Positions 11,157-21,012 of a DNA stretch of 64,000 bases are shown here, in pieces. The stretch's first letter is position 1; each line of letters starts with the position of its first letter. Made by a program: the position numbers and the translations under genes. Under the pieces are notes generated by a model. That model was given only the letters and a program-made list of their open reading frames with translations. It had not been told where the DNA came from and made no database searches. The stretch is from an uncultured delta proteobacterium (GTDB lineage Bacteria > Myxococcota_A > Polyangia > Polyangiales > Polyangiaceae): contig CAWDXG010000004.1 in assembly GCA_963806225.1 (NCBI GenBank), positions 640,001-704,000 of the forward strand, in the 5' to 3' direction.

Positions 11157-12371
11157 CTAGCGGTCGCATTCGCCACCAATCATGTTGAGCGAGCCGAAGG
11201 AGGGGACAACGTCCGCCACCATCGCGCCTGTGATGAGCATCTCGAGACCGCCAGTGTTCAGGAACGCCGGCGGCCGGATGCGGACGCGATAGGGCGTGCC
11301 GCTGCCGTCGCTCACCAGATAGAAGCCGAGCTCGCCGTTGCCGCCCTCGGTGTAGGAGTACACCTCGCCGGCCGGGATCTTCAGACCCTCCATCACGATC
11401 TTGAAGTGCCGGATCGTGCCTTCGATGGTCGTGTACACTTCCTCTTTCGGCGGCAGCACGACGCGCGGATCGTCGATGTTGACTGGGCCCGAGTCCGGCA
11501 TCTTCTCGATGCACTGCTGGACGATGCGCATGCTCTGCTTGATCTCCTCGATGCGCACGACGAAGCGGTCGTAGGAGTCGCCGTGCTCGCCGATGGGCAC
11601 CTCGAAGTCGACTTCCCCGTACTTCAGATACGGATCCGCCTTGCGCACGTCGTAGGGCACGCCGCTCGCCCTGAGGATGGGGCCGGTCCAGCCGAGCGAG
11701 ATGGCGTCCTCCGCCTTCATCACGCCGACGTCCTGCAACCGGTCGAGGAAGATGCGGTTGCCGTACAGGAGAGCCTCGACCTCGGAGATGATGCCGAGCA
11801 GGTGCTCCGCGACAGCCAGGGAGTTTTCCTTGAAGCCTTCGGTCGGCGGCGCCGCCATGCCTCCGACGCGGCCGAAGCTGTGGGTCAGGCGGGCGCCCGT
11901 CTCCTCTTCCAGGAGGTCCCAGATCATCTCGCGGCCCTTCATCATCCAGAGGAAGGGCGTAAAGGCGCCGAGCTCCATGACCATCGCGCCGGCCGCCGTG
12001 AGGTGATCGCTGACGCGGGCCATCTCGCCGAGGATCATGCGGTAGTACTGGCAGCGCTCGGGCACCGTGACGCCGAGCGCCTTCTCGCACGCGAGCGCGA
12101 AGCCGACGTTGTTCAGCATCGGCGAGACGTAGTTGCAGCGGTCGACGTAGGGGAAGACCTGGCTCCAGTTGCCGCGCTCGCACATCTTCTCGAAGCCGCG
12201 GTGCAGGTAGCCGACCTGCACGTCGCAGCGCTCGATCGTCTCGCCGGAAAGCTCCATCACGACGCGCACGGTGCCGTGCATCGCCGGATGCGAGGGGCCG
12301 ACGTTGATCAGCATCGGCTCCGACGGGAGCTCGATCTCCGATTCGTCCAGATCCAGATCCAGCGGCTCCAT
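11157..12371 (-). CDS. nuoD: NADH-quinone oxidoreductase subunit D
   Basis: NVGPSHPAMHG, GYLHRGFEK, GELGFY, PYRVRIRPP, GECDR C-terminus. Confidence 0.96.
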   Translation of the reverse strand: MEPLDLDLDESEIELPSEPMLINVGPSHPAMHGTVRVVMELSGETIERCDVQVGYLHRGFEKMCERGNWSQVFPYVDRCNYVSPMLNNVGFALACEKALGVTVPERCQYYRMILGEMARVSDHLTAAGAMVMELGAFTPFLWMMKGREMIWDLLEEETGARLTHSFGRVGGMAAPPTEGFKENSLAVAEHLLGIISEVEALLYGNRIFLDRLQDVGVMKAEDAISLGWTGPILRASGVPYDVRKADPYLKYGEVDFEVPIGEHGDSYDRFVVRIEEIKQSMRIVQQCIEKMPDSGPVNIDDPRVVLPPKEEVYTTIEGTIRHFKIVMEGLKIPAGEVYSYTEGGNGELGFYLVSDGSGTPYRVRIRPPAFLNTGGLEMLITGAMVADVVPSFGSLNMIGGECDR

Positions 12372-12991
12372 CAGGTGTGTACCTCGTCGACGGCGATGGG
12401 AGGCTGTTCGGCGTCGTCCTCTTCCGCCACCCACTCGTGGGTCTGCCGCCCGAAGCTCATGCCCTCGTCCGGGCCGAACGGCGGCAGCTTCTGGATGTTC
12501 GGCGCATCGCGATACGGCACCAGCGGCTGGATCCTGTCAGCCGGGTAGTCCTTGCGCAGCGGGTGCCCGACGAACTCCGGGTACATCAGGATTCTGCGCA
12601 GGTCGGGATGGCCTTTGAACTTCACGCCGAACATGTCGAAGCATTCGCGCTCCATCCAGTTCGCGCTGGCCCAGAGGTCGGACAGGGTGTCGATCTCCGC
12701 GCCTTCGCCGTCCTCGTCGCCGACACGGGACTTGAGCCGGATGCGATGGCCGCGCGTCAGCGAGTGGAGGTGGGCCACGATCTCGAAGCGAGGCTCGCGA
12801 TCGAGATAGTCGACCGCGGTCAGGTCGACGAGCATGTTCATGTCGGCCTGGGGCGCGCCCTTGAGGAACGCGGCCAGCTCATGCCAGCTGCCCGGATCGA
12901 GCACGACGGTCTCGTCGCCGTGCTGGGCATGCGTCTCGAGGACAGCGGATGGGAAGTTCTTCTTGATGAGCTCGACCAGGGCCTTGGACAT
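12371..12991 (-). CDS. nuoC: NADH-quinone oxidoreductase subunit C
   Basis: ANWMERECFDMFGVKFKGHPDLRRILM..GHPLRKDYP. Confidence 0.96.
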   Translation of the reverse strand: MSKALVELIKKNFPSAVLETHAQHGDETVVLDPGSWHELAAFLKGAPQADMNMLVDLTAVDYLDREPRFEIVAHLHSLTRGHRIRLKSRVGDEDGEGAEIDTLSDLWASANWMERECFDMFGVKFKGHPDLRRILMYPEFVGHPLRKDYPADRIQPLVPYRDAPNIQKLPPFGPDEGMSFGRQTHEWVAEEDDAEQPPIAVDEVHT

Positions 12992-13018
12992 TGTCGGCGC
13001 CTCGTGAAGGAAGGTGGG

Positions 13019-13603
13019 CTATGCCTCGGGATTCTTCGATCGCCGAAGCTGCACGATGCCGTAGTCGGGACCCGCAACAGGATCCGTGCGCGGCTTGACG
13101 ATGCCGGGCGTGCGATCGCCGTGCTGGATCTTGTCCTGAAGCAGCATCAGGCCGTCGAGAACCGCCTCGGGACGCGGCGGACAGCCGGGAATGTAGATGT
13201 CGCAGGGGATGATCTTGTCGATGCCGGCGACGCACGTGTAGTTGTCGTAGAAGCCGCCGCAGGATGCGCAGGTTCCGAACGCCAGCACCCATTTCGGCTC
13301 CGCCATCTGCTCGTAGATGCGCTTGAGGATGGGCGCCTGGCGCTGCGTTATCGTACCCACGACCCACAACAGATCGGCCTGCCGCGGCGAGAAGCGCGGG
13401 GCCTCGGCGCCGAAGCGCGCGAAGTCGTAGCGCGGGCTCGATACGCCCATGAACTCCATGCCGCAGCACGCGGTCACGAAGGGGTACATGAAGAGCGAAT
13501 ACTTCTGCGCCCAGTGCAGCATGTCGGCGAGGCGCGTGGTGGCGAAGCCCTGGCCGCCGCCCGGCTCGATAACCTCGGTGGTCGTCGACTTCAGCTCTCC
13601 CAT
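13019..13603 (-). CDS. nuoB: NADH-quinone oxidoreductase subunit B
   Basis: TACCGMEFM, SPRQAD, QMAEPKWV, IPGCPPRPEA; start MGELKS. Confidence 0.96.
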   Translation of the reverse strand: MGELKSTTTEVIEPGGGQGFATTRLADMLHWAQKYSLFMYPFVTACCGMEFMGVSSPRYDFARFGAEAPRFSPRQADLLWVVGTITQRQAPILKRIYEQMAEPKWVLAFGTCASCGGFYDNYTCVAGIDKIIPCDIYIPGCPPRPEAVLDGLMLLQDKIQHGDRTPGIVKPRTDPVAGPDYGIVQLRRSKNPEA

Positions 13604-13950
13604 TCGAGAGCTCCCTTCTTCCAGCAGTACAGAAGCGCGATGAGCAGCGCTGCGATGAACATCAACATCTCGGCGAAACCCTGCCAGCCGAGCCCCTTGA
13701 AGAGCGAGGCCCACGGGTAGATGAACACCACCTCGATGTCGAACACGACAAACAGGATGGCCGTCAGATAGAACTTCACGTTCATCTTGATGTGGCGCGC
13801 ACCCTGCGTGTCGTTGCCGCACTCGTAGGGCATCATCTTCTCGGGGGTCGGGTTCTTCTTCCCGACCAGGGCGCCGCCCGCGAACATCCCGAGGCACACC
13901 ACCCCCGCAACGAGGAACATCAGGAACATCGGGAGGTACAGCTCGACCAT
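13591..13950 (-). CDS. nuoA: NADH-quinone oxidoreductase subunit A
   Basis: PYECG, FYLTAILFVVFDIE, KKGALEW. Confidence 0.96.
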   Translation of the reverse strand: MVELYLPMFLMFLVAGVVCLGMFAGGALVGKKNPTPEKMMPYECGNDTQGARHIKMNVKFYLTAILFVVFDIEVVFIYPWASLFKGLGWQGFAEMLMFIAALLIALLYCWKKGALEWES

Positions 13951-14017
13951 ATGGCTTGTCCGCTTCTCGACCCGCAGCTGTATGACAAAACAGCTGATTT
14001 CTCGTAGAGCGCGAGTG

Positions 14018-14047
14018 ATCTCAGTCCCGGCGCCCCGGCCCTGTCAA
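14018..14047 (-). promoter_or_regulatory. possible sigma-70 promoter for the nuo operon
   Basis: Minus-strand TTGACA (14047-14042), 18-nt spacer, weak -10 TGAGAT, about 70-100 nt upstream of nuoA. Confidence 0.3.
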
Positions 14048-14118
14048 TCCGAGCAGGCACAGCCGGAAAACGGCTGTTGCGGCGTACCACGAACCGCCGG
14101 CACTGCGAACCGCCCTGG

Positions 14119-15246
14119 CTAGGAGGACGCGCTGTCGACCACCAGCTCGCGCCACGAATCCAGCGCGCTCCCCAGCTGGCGGTGGATGTCGTCCAGGGTG
14201 GCGCCGAGCTCGCCCTCGGCGACCCCCGCCGCCCGCGCTTCCTCGATCGCCCCGAGCGCAGCCAGATGGCGCCCACGGGCTGCCAGGGCCTCGGCCAGGC
14301 GGGGCCAGACCCGGGCGCCTGCCGCGCCCAGATTGGCGGCGCGGCGCAGCGGAGCGATGGCCTCACCGGCCCGCCGGTCGGCGAGCATGGCCTCACCCAG
14401 CCTCGCGAAGATGTCCGCTGCGGCGTTGCCGTCGCCAGCGTACTGCACGCCGAGGCGAAGCACCTCTTCGCCCTTCTCGATCTCGCCCAGCGCGATGCAG
14501 GCGCTGCCGAGCAGGCCGAGCCCCTTTGCAATCAGACCGCGCGTGTCCGGCGTAAGTAGCTGGCCCTCGGGCGTGCGCAGGAAGATGGCCAGTGGCGCCG
14601 GCCAGGAGCCGAGCAGCTCCAGCACCCTCACGTGATCGTCGCTCTGCGCGGCTTCTTCGGCTTCGACAACGCGTCCCAGATCGATCGCGCCCCGGCCCGC
14701 CCCGCGCTGGACCCGGTCAAGCTCTTCACGCACGTGGCTGCGCAGGCGCATGCGCAGCTCCTCGAGCTGGCACACCTCCTCGATGCCGTCGTGAAGCAGC
14801 GATAGCCTTGCGTCGCCGTCGGCGTCGAGGGTGAGCTCTTCCAGGCTGTAGCCGTAGAGCGGCGCCAGGAGCAGGTAGCGCACTCCGATGAACAGCTGCA
14901 CCGCCTCGGTATCGGTCGCCCGCTCGGGCGCCGGACCGGCCGGCTCTTCCGCGACCAGGGCGCTGACGAGCCGGCGCCGGAAGTCACCCAGCGTGAGGCG
15001 CTGCGTGTCCGCTTCGGTGACCTCTTCTTCGACCCCGCCGACCACGAAGTCCACCAGCGTGTTGGACGGGTTGCGGCGGTCGACGGTGAGTGCCGTGATG
15101 CGCGCTCCGGTAATCATCGCGAATGCGAAGAACCGGGCTCCGATGATGTCGCACAGCGCCTGGAAGCTGCCGATACCCTCGCCGATGCGCTCGAACCAAC
15201 CGTCCGTCCGGATCGACTCGAGGGGAAATTCGCGGGGCTCGGACAT
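14119..15246 (-). CDS. hypothetical protein with C-terminal TPR-like helices
   Basis: Coding-like codon usage; LGEAMLADRRAGEAIAPLRRA / WPRLAEALAA TPR-like segments; start MSEPREF. Confidence 0.7.
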   Translation of the reverse strand: MSEPREFPLESIRTDGWFERIGEGIGSFQALCDIIGARFFAFAMITGARITALTVDRRNPSNTLVDFVVGGVEEEVTEADTQRLTLGDFRRRLVSALVAEEPAGPAPERATDTEAVQLFIGVRYLLLAPLYGYSLEELTLDADGDARLSLLHDGIEEVCQLEELRMRLRSHVREELDRVQRGAGRGAIDLGRVVEAEEAAQSDDHVRVLELLGSWPAPLAIFLRTPEGQLLTPDTRGLIAKGLGLLGSACIALGEIEKGEEVLRLGVQYAGDGNAAADIFARLGEAMLADRRAGEAIAPLRRAANLGAAGARVWPRLAEALAARGRHLAALGAIEEARAAGVAEGELGATLDDIHRQLGSALDSWRELVVDSASS

Positions 15247-15349
15247 CGCGGGAAAGGAAATCGAGAATCGCACGGAACCCGGCGGGGGAACAAGTGCCCG
15301 CATCGCCGGTGCTCGCCAGCTCTTGATCCGGACCTATAGTGCCCCCGGC

Positions 15350-16334
15350 ATGAGCGCACCAGCCCAGCACGACTCCGGGGGCCTCGAGGCGCTGGTTACC
15401 GGGAAGGACCCCGCGGCGCTCCAGGTCCTCGAGAACGTCGCTTCCCGGCAGGGGCCGTGCGATTGCCCAGATCGCCTACGTGCTCGCCGTCATGATCGCG
15501 CCCGAGCTCCTCGGAGCGGGCGTGTCCGGCTGGGCTGGCGCCGGCGTGCTCGCCGCGCTGGGGGTGGCGTTGGTCCGGCCCTGGCGGAAGAACGGGCTGG
15601 GCGGCGCTGCACGGATCGCCACGGCGCTGGGCGTGGTCGGGCTGGTGCTGGCGGGCTTTGTGTACCGGCCGCGCGCGCTTCTGGGTGCGGCGCACGTGTC
15701 GGGGCAGAGCTTCTTCCTGCAGCTCACCGCGCGCGACCTGTGTCTGCTCGGTATCGCACTCTTGATCGTGCTGTCAGACGGGCAGCGACCGCGGCAGATC
15801 GGCCTGGGCGGCGGGCGCCTGGGACGCGAGCTCACGTTCGGTCTACTGGTGCTCGGCGGCACCTACTTCGTCCACCTGGCAGCCGCGCTGCCGCTGTCGG
15901 CCATCGCGTTCGCGCTCGGCGGCGGCAAGGCGGAGGTCGCGCAGCGGAGCGGATTCCTGCGCGAGCTGGTCGGCTGGGCCGAGCAGGTGAGCCCGTGGGA
16001 AATCCCGCTCTTCATGGGACTGGCCGGAGCGTTCGAGGAGGTGGTGTTCCGCGGGCTCTTCATCACCCGGCTCAAGCGCGTGACTGGCCGCTGGTGGCCC
16101 GCGCTTTTCCTGTCGGCCGCGCTGTTCGGCCTCGGCCACCTCGAAGAAGGCACGCTCGCAGCCTTCCAGACCGCGATCCTGGGTCTGTGGTTCGGTGTCG
16201 TATTCGTCCGGCGCAGGCGCCTGGAATCGGACATCGTCGCGCACGCCGCCTTCAACACGATCATGTTCGCCGTGATGATTGCCGTCGCGCGAAGCGGGCT
16301 TCTGGACTCCGCACAGAAGCTGCTCGGGCACTGA
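15350..16334 (+). CDS. CPBP (CAAX protease-like) intramembrane metalloprotease; probable frameshift at G-run 15451-15454 (uninterrupted ORF 15480-16334)
   Basis: EEVVFRG, FGLGH, HAAFN motifs and multiple TM helices. Confidence 0.85.
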
Positions 16335-16337
16335 CAG

Positions 16338-17699
16338 CTAGCCCGCGATCCACACCGTCTTCTGGTTGACGAACTCGTGCATGCCGACGCGGCCGAGCTC
16401 ACGGCCGTGACCGGAGCGCTTGACCCCGCCGAATGGCAGCCGCGGGTCGGACTTCACCAGGCCGTTGACGAACACCATCCCCGATTCGATCCCGGCAGCC
16501 AACCGCTTGGCCTCGTCGACGTTCCCCGTCCAGATGGACGCTCCGAGACCGTACACCGAGCGGTTGGCGAGACGCACGGCGTGGTCGGGATTGTCGGCTT
16601 CGATGACCGCCGCCACGGGGCCGAACGTCTCCTCCTCGAACACCGGCATGTCCGGCTGTACGCCGGACAGCACGGTCGGCTCGTAGAAGAAGCCAGGGCG
16701 CGAGAGCGGCGCCCCGCCGGCGAGTGCCTTCGCGCCCATCCGGACGCTGGTCGTGACCTGGCGATGCAGCGTGTCGACCAGATCCGCGCGCGCCAGCGGA
16801 CCAACCTGCGTGTCGCGAGCCAGCGGATCGCCGACGCGGAGCGCCTGCATGGCCTTCACGAACAGCGTCGTGAAGCGCTCGGCGATACCCTTTTCCACGA
16901 TGAAGCGCTTGGCGGCGATGCAACTCTGTCCGGAGTTGATGGCGCGCGACTTCACCGCAGTCGCGACGGCCGCCTCGAGGTCGGCGTCGTCGAGCACGAT
17001 GAACGGATCCGACCCGCCGAGCTCCAGCACGGTCTTCTTGATGTGCTTGCCGGCCGCCTCGCCCACCGCGCGACCCGCGCGCTCGCTGCCGGTGAGCGAC
17101 ACCGCGACGATGCCGGGATTGCCGATGATCTCGTCGGTCAGCTCGATCGACATCAGGAGCGAGGTGAACACGCCGGACGGATAGCCCGCGCGGCGGAACA
17201 CGTCCTCTATTGCCAGCGCGCAGCCGCTCACGTTGTTCGCGTGCTTGAGCAGGCCCACGTTGCCCGCCGTCAGCGCGGGCGCGGCGAAGCGGAACACCTG
17301 CCAGAACGGGAAGTTCCACGGCATCACGGCCAGCACGGGGCCCAGCGGATCGTAGCGGACGTAGCTTTCGGCCGCGTCGCTGCCGAGCCGCTCGGGCGCG
17401 AGGAAGCGCGCGCCGTTCTCCGCGTAGTGCTCGCATACCCACGCGCACTTCTCGATCTCCGACTCCGATTCGACAATCGGCTTGCCCATCTCGAGCGTCA
17501 TGAGCTCTGCCAGCTCGCCCGACCTCTGGCGCAGCACCGCGGCGGCCTGCTTCAGGAGTTCCGCGCGCTCGGCCACGGCCGTCCCGCGCCAGGCGTGGAA
17601 GGCGTCGCGCGCGGCGACGATGGCGTTGTCGACTTCGCTGGGCGTCTGCTCCTCGAACTGGCGGATGAGCTTTCCGGTGGCTGGATTGATGGACTGCAT
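16338..17699 (-). CDS. sad: NAD(P)-dependent succinate-semialdehyde dehydrogenase (Sad/GabD1 type)
   Basis: SINPATG, MPWNFPFWQVFRFAAP, LELGGSDP, NSGQSCIAAKR, EETFGP, PFGGVKRSG. Confidence 0.9.
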   Translation of the reverse strand: MQSINPATGKLIRQFEEQTPSEVDNAIVAARDAFHAWRGTAVAERAELLKQAAAVLRQRSGELAELMTLEMGKPIVESESEIEKCAWVCEHYAENGARFLAPERLGSDAAESYVRYDPLGPVLAVMPWNFPFWQVFRFAAPALTAGNVGLLKHANNVSGCALAIEDVFRRAGYPSGVFTSLLMSIELTDEIIGNPGIVAVSLTGSERAGRAVGEAAGKHIKKTVLELGGSDPFIVLDDADLEAAVATAVKSRAINSGQSCIAAKRFIVEKGIAERFTTLFVKAMQALRVGDPLARDTQVGPLARADLVDTLHRQVTTSVRMGAKALAGGAPLSRPGFFYEPTVLSGVQPDMPVFEEETFGPVAAVIEADNPDHAVRLANRSVYGLGASIWTGNVDEAKRLAAGIESGMVFVNGLVKSDPRLPFGGVKRSGHGRELGRVGMHEFVNQKTVWIAG

Positions 17700-17762
17700 G
17701 TCGTGCCTCCGAAAGGGGGCCTGGATGGAGCGCCTCTGCTCCTGCCGCGGCAGAGCCGTACG

Positions 17763-18029
17763 GTGTATCCGCGCGTGACGGATGTCTACAGGAGTCGCCC
17801 TCACCTCCGCGTGCACGCTGTCGGTCCGAAGCGCGCCGACGGCACCTGGTACGACTACACCGGACTGGCCATCTATCGCCGCAATATCTACAAGCAGGGC
17901 GTCGGCCCGTACTTGACCGTCCCGGGCAGTGTCAACGGAATGCTGGCCAACCGCTCGACCGCCCAGACCCTGCCAGAGGCCGAGTGGCGCGCCTTGCAGG
18001 TCTACGACCAGCGCTTGCCAGCCAAGTAG
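17763..18029 (+). CDS. small hypothetical protein or 3' gene remnant
   Basis: GC3-rich frame RADGTWYDYTGLAIYRRNIYKQGVGPY...; GTG start uncertain. Confidence 0.4.
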   Translation: MYPRVTDVYRSRPHLRVHAVGPKRADGTWYDYTGLAIYRRNIYKQGVGPYLTVPGSVNGMLANRSTAQTLPEAEWRALQVYDQRLPAK

Positions 18030-18140
18030 CTCGCCCGGACCGCGCCGCCGCGATCAACGTCGCCACCAGCCTTGCAGGGACCAGTCCGGGGCTGACGCCG
18101 GGTTCCGCGCGGCGCGTTCGACGCTATAGTCCGCGGCGTC

Positions 18141-18974
18141 ATGAAGGTGCGTCACCTCGACTGCGCGACGCTGTGTCCGATCGGCGGGCGCTGGCTGACC
18201 GGATACGGCAGCCTGCTGGAGCGGGCGCGGCTGGTCTGTCACTGCCTGCTGGTCGAGCTGGACGACGGGCTGCTCCTGGTCGATACGGGGCTCGGGCTAG
18301 AGGATCTCGGGGCGCCGCGGCAGCGGCTGGGGCGCGGCTTCTTGGCGCTGACGCAGCCGAAGCTGGACGAGGCACAGACGGCGGCCCGGCAGATCGAGGC
18401 GCTCGGCTTCTCGCCGCACGACGTGCGACACGTCGTGCTCACACACCTCGACATCGACCACGCGGGCGGGATCAGCGACTTCCCCGAGGCGATGGTGCAC
18501 GTCCTGGCAGCGGAGCACGATGCGGCGACGCGTCCGCAGAGCACGCTGGAGCGGCACCGCTACCGGCCGGCGCAGTGGAGCCACTCGCCCACCTGGTCGC
18601 TCTACCAGCCGGAGGGCGAGCCCTGGTTCGGCTTCGAGTGCGTGCGCGGTCTGGACGGCGTGCCACCCGAGGTGCTGCTGGTGCCGCTGCCCGGCCACAC
18701 GCGCGGCCACTCCGCCGTGGCGGTGCAGACGGACGAGGGCTGGCTGCTGCACGCGGGCGACGCCTACTTCCACCACTCGGAGATGGATCCGGATCGGCGC
18801 CGCTGCCCTCCCCTGATGGATCTGTTCGAGCGCGCGGTGCAGGTGGACGGCGAGCGGCAGTTCGAAAACCAGGAGCGCCTGCGCGTTCTGGCGCGCGAGA
18901 ACCGCGGCGAGGTGCGCGTGTTCTCGGCCCACGACGCCGTCGAGTTCGAGCGGCTGAGGGGCGTTTGCGAATGA
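18141..18974 (+). CDS. MBL-fold metallo-hydrolase (AHL-lactonase-like)
   Basis: LVDTG, THLDIDHAGG, PGHTRGH, AGDAY, SAHD. Confidence 0.9.
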   Translation: MKVRHLDCATLCPIGGRWLTGYGSLLERARLVCHCLLVELDDGLLLVDTGLGLEDLGAPRQRLGRGFLALTQPKLDEAQTAARQIEALGFSPHDVRHVVLTHLDIDHAGGISDFPEAMVHVLAAEHDAATRPQSTLERHRYRPAQWSHSPTWSLYQPEGEPWFGFECVRGLDGVPPEVLLVPLPGHTRGHSAVAVQTDEGWLLHAGDAYFHHSEMDPDRRRCPPLMDLFERAVQVDGERQFENQERLRVLARENRGEVRVFSAHDAVEFERLRGVCE

Positions 18975-19011
18975 CGAGCTACGAAGGCTGCTGTCCAGAG
19001 AGCACCGGGAG

Positions 19012-20118
19012 TTGAGCGCCAGACCCCCCACACCCCCTCTCCAGCTGCCCGACGCGCGGCGGCGCGCGCGCCTCGCGAAAGCGCTGCTCGACTGGTACGG
19101 CCGCGAGAAGCGCGATCTGCCGTGGCGGCGTACGCGCGACCCGTACGCGGTGTGGGTGAGCGAGGTGATGCTGCAGCAGACGCAAGTGGCCACGGTGCTG
19201 CCGTACTACGAGCGCTGGATGCAGCGATTTCCAACGGCCCGCGCTCTCGCTGCTGCCGCGGAGGACGAGGTGCTGCACGCCTGGCAGGGGCTCGGCTACT
19301 ACTCGCGCGCGCGGCGGCTGCTCCAGGGAGCGCGCGCCGTCGTGGAGCGGCACGGCGGACAGCTGCCGGACAGCGCCGAGGCGCTGCTGGCGCTGCCGGG
19401 GATCGGGCCCTACTCCGCCGGCGCCATCGCGAGCATCGCCTACGGCCTGGCCGAGCCGATCGTCGACGGCAACGTGGTGCGCGTGCTCACGCGGCTCTTC
19501 GCCCTGCGCGGCGATCCCGCACGCGCGCCGCTCAAGGCCGAGCTGTGGGCGCTCGCACGCGCGCTCATTCCGGAGGGGTGCGCTTCCGACTTCAACCAGT
19601 CGTTGATGGAGCTCGGCGCGACCGTGTGCACCCCGAAGCAGCCGCGCTGCGACGGCTGCCCCGTGCGCGGGCAGTGCGCGGCACTGTCGCAGGGCATCGT
19701 GGACCAGCTGCCCGAGACGGCGCGCCGCCCCGAAACGACGGCGCTGCACATGGTGGCGGCGCTGGTGTGGCGGCGCGGGCGCGTGCTGGTCACGCAGCTG
19801 CAGGACGACGCACCGCGCTGGGCCGGCATGTGGCAGTTCCCAAACGCCGAGCGCAACGCGAAGGAAACCCCCGAGCAGGCGCTGTCGCGCGCGGTCAGGG
19901 AGAGCGTGGGCCTCGACGCGGAAGCCACAGGGCTCGCTGCCGTGGTGCGCCACGGCGTGACGCGCTACCGCATCACGCTCGACGCCTACACGGCCAGTGC
20001 TCCGAAGGGGCGCGCCCGCGCGCTTGGCTGCCAGGCTGTGCGCTGGTGCGCGCAGGCCGAGCTGGAAGCGCTGGCCATGCCGGCAGCGCACCGCAATATC
20101 GCGAGCAAGCTCGCATGA
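19012..20118 (+). CDS. mutY: A/G-specific adenine glycosylase
   Basis: RDLPWR, VWVSEVMLQQTQV, WQGLGYYSRAR, LPGIGPYSAGA, CTPKQPRCDGCP Fe-S motif. Confidence 0.96.
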   Translation: MSARPPTPPLQLPDARRRARLAKALLDWYGREKRDLPWRRTRDPYAVWVSEVMLQQTQVATVLPYYERWMQRFPTARALAAAAEDEVLHAWQGLGYYSRARRLLQGARAVVERHGGQLPDSAEALLALPGIGPYSAGAIASIAYGLAEPIVDGNVVRVLTRLFALRGDPARAPLKAELWALARALIPEGCASDFNQSLMELGATVCTPKQPRCDGCPVRGQCAALSQGIVDQLPETARRPETTALHMVAALVWRRGRVLVTQLQDDAPRWAGMWQFPNAERNAKETPEQALSRAVRESVGLDAEATGLAAVVRHGVTRYRITLDAYTASAPKGRARALGCQAVRWCAQAELEALAMPAAHRNIASKLA

Positions 20119-20498
20119 TCGTGGAGGTTGCGATCGCGCTGGTGTGGAAGGACGGGCGGCTGTTGCTCTCGCGCCGGCCCGACGACGCGCACCTGGGGGG
20201 GCTGTGGGAGTTTCCAGGTGGCAAGCTCGAAGCGGGCGAGACGCCGGAGCAGGCCGCCGAGCGCGAGGTCCGTGAAGAACTGGGAGTCCGCTGCCGCGCG
20301 CGCTCGCGCCGCGCGCCCATCCACCACGACTACGCCGACCGTAGCGTGGTCCTGCACCCTGTGGACTGCGACTTCGTCTCCGGCGAGCCGCGCGCGCTCG
20401 AAGTGAGCGCGTTTGCATGGGAATTGCCGGCGGAGCTCGGGAAGTACCGCTTTCCGGAGGCGAATGCGGAGCTGGTGACAGAGCTCATGCGCGGGTGA
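20115..20498 (+). CDS. mutT: 8-oxo-dGTP diphosphatase (NUDIX)
   Basis: HLGGLWEFPGGKLEAGETPEQAAEREVREELG, FPEAN; ATGA overlap with mutY. Confidence 0.9.
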   Translation: MIVEVAIALVWKDGRLLLSRRPDDAHLGGLWEFPGGKLEAGETPEQAAEREVREELGVRCRARSRRAPIHHDYADRSVVLHPVDCDFVSGEPRALEVSAFAWELPAELGKYRFPEANAELVTELMRG

Positions 20499-20544
20499 CG
20501 TCACTGCTGGCACTGGCGCGGCAGAAGTCCTGGGCTGGCGCGCG

Positions 20545-21006
20545 ATGAAACCGCGGTTGCTGCTTCTGGTCCAGGCGACGACAGCGGCCGTCGTGGCCTG
20601 CACACCGGCGCGCCCGGCCAAGCACTCCGCTCCGACCGTCGCGATCGCACGCCCAGCCGCGAGTGCCGGCGCCACCCCGACTCCGCCAGCGCCGTCGTCG
20701 AACCTGCCGCCACCGTCGTCGAATCCGTCGCTCGAAAAAGGCGAGAAGCTCTACGCCAGCCTGGCCTGCAACGCCTGCCACGACGCGCCGAGCCACATCG
20801 CTCCGCCGCTGCGCGACCTCCGGGGCAGTACGCTGAAGCTCGCCGACGGCCGGCAGATCACGGTCGACGCGGATTTCGTGCGTGACGCCGTGCTCGAGCC
20901 ACAGGACCACCTCGTCGCGGGCTACTCGCCGACCATGCCGACCTACCGCGGGGTGGTCGCCGGACAGAAGCTCGACGCGCTCGTCGCCTACGTGATGTCG
21001 CGCTAG
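20545..21006 (+). CDS. monoheme cytochrome c, probable lipoprotein
   Basis: VVAC lipobox, CNACH, 'VDADFVRDAVLEP..VAGYSPTMP' resembling the caa3 subunit II heme-c domain. Confidence 0.8.
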   Translation: MKPRLLLLVQATTAAVVACTPARPAKHSAPTVAIARPAASAGATPTPPAPSSNLPPPSSNPSLEKGEKLYASLACNACHDAPSHIAPPLRDLRGSTLKLADGRQITVDADFVRDAVLEPQDHLVAGYSPTMPTYRGVVAGQKLDALVAYVMSR

Positions 21007-21012
21007 GGGGCT

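Noticed and set aside
13981..14006. Imperfect palindrome TATGACAAAA-CAGCTG-ATTTCTCGTA upstream of nuoA
   Set aside because: Arms match only 7/10 and fit no regulator consensus I can name
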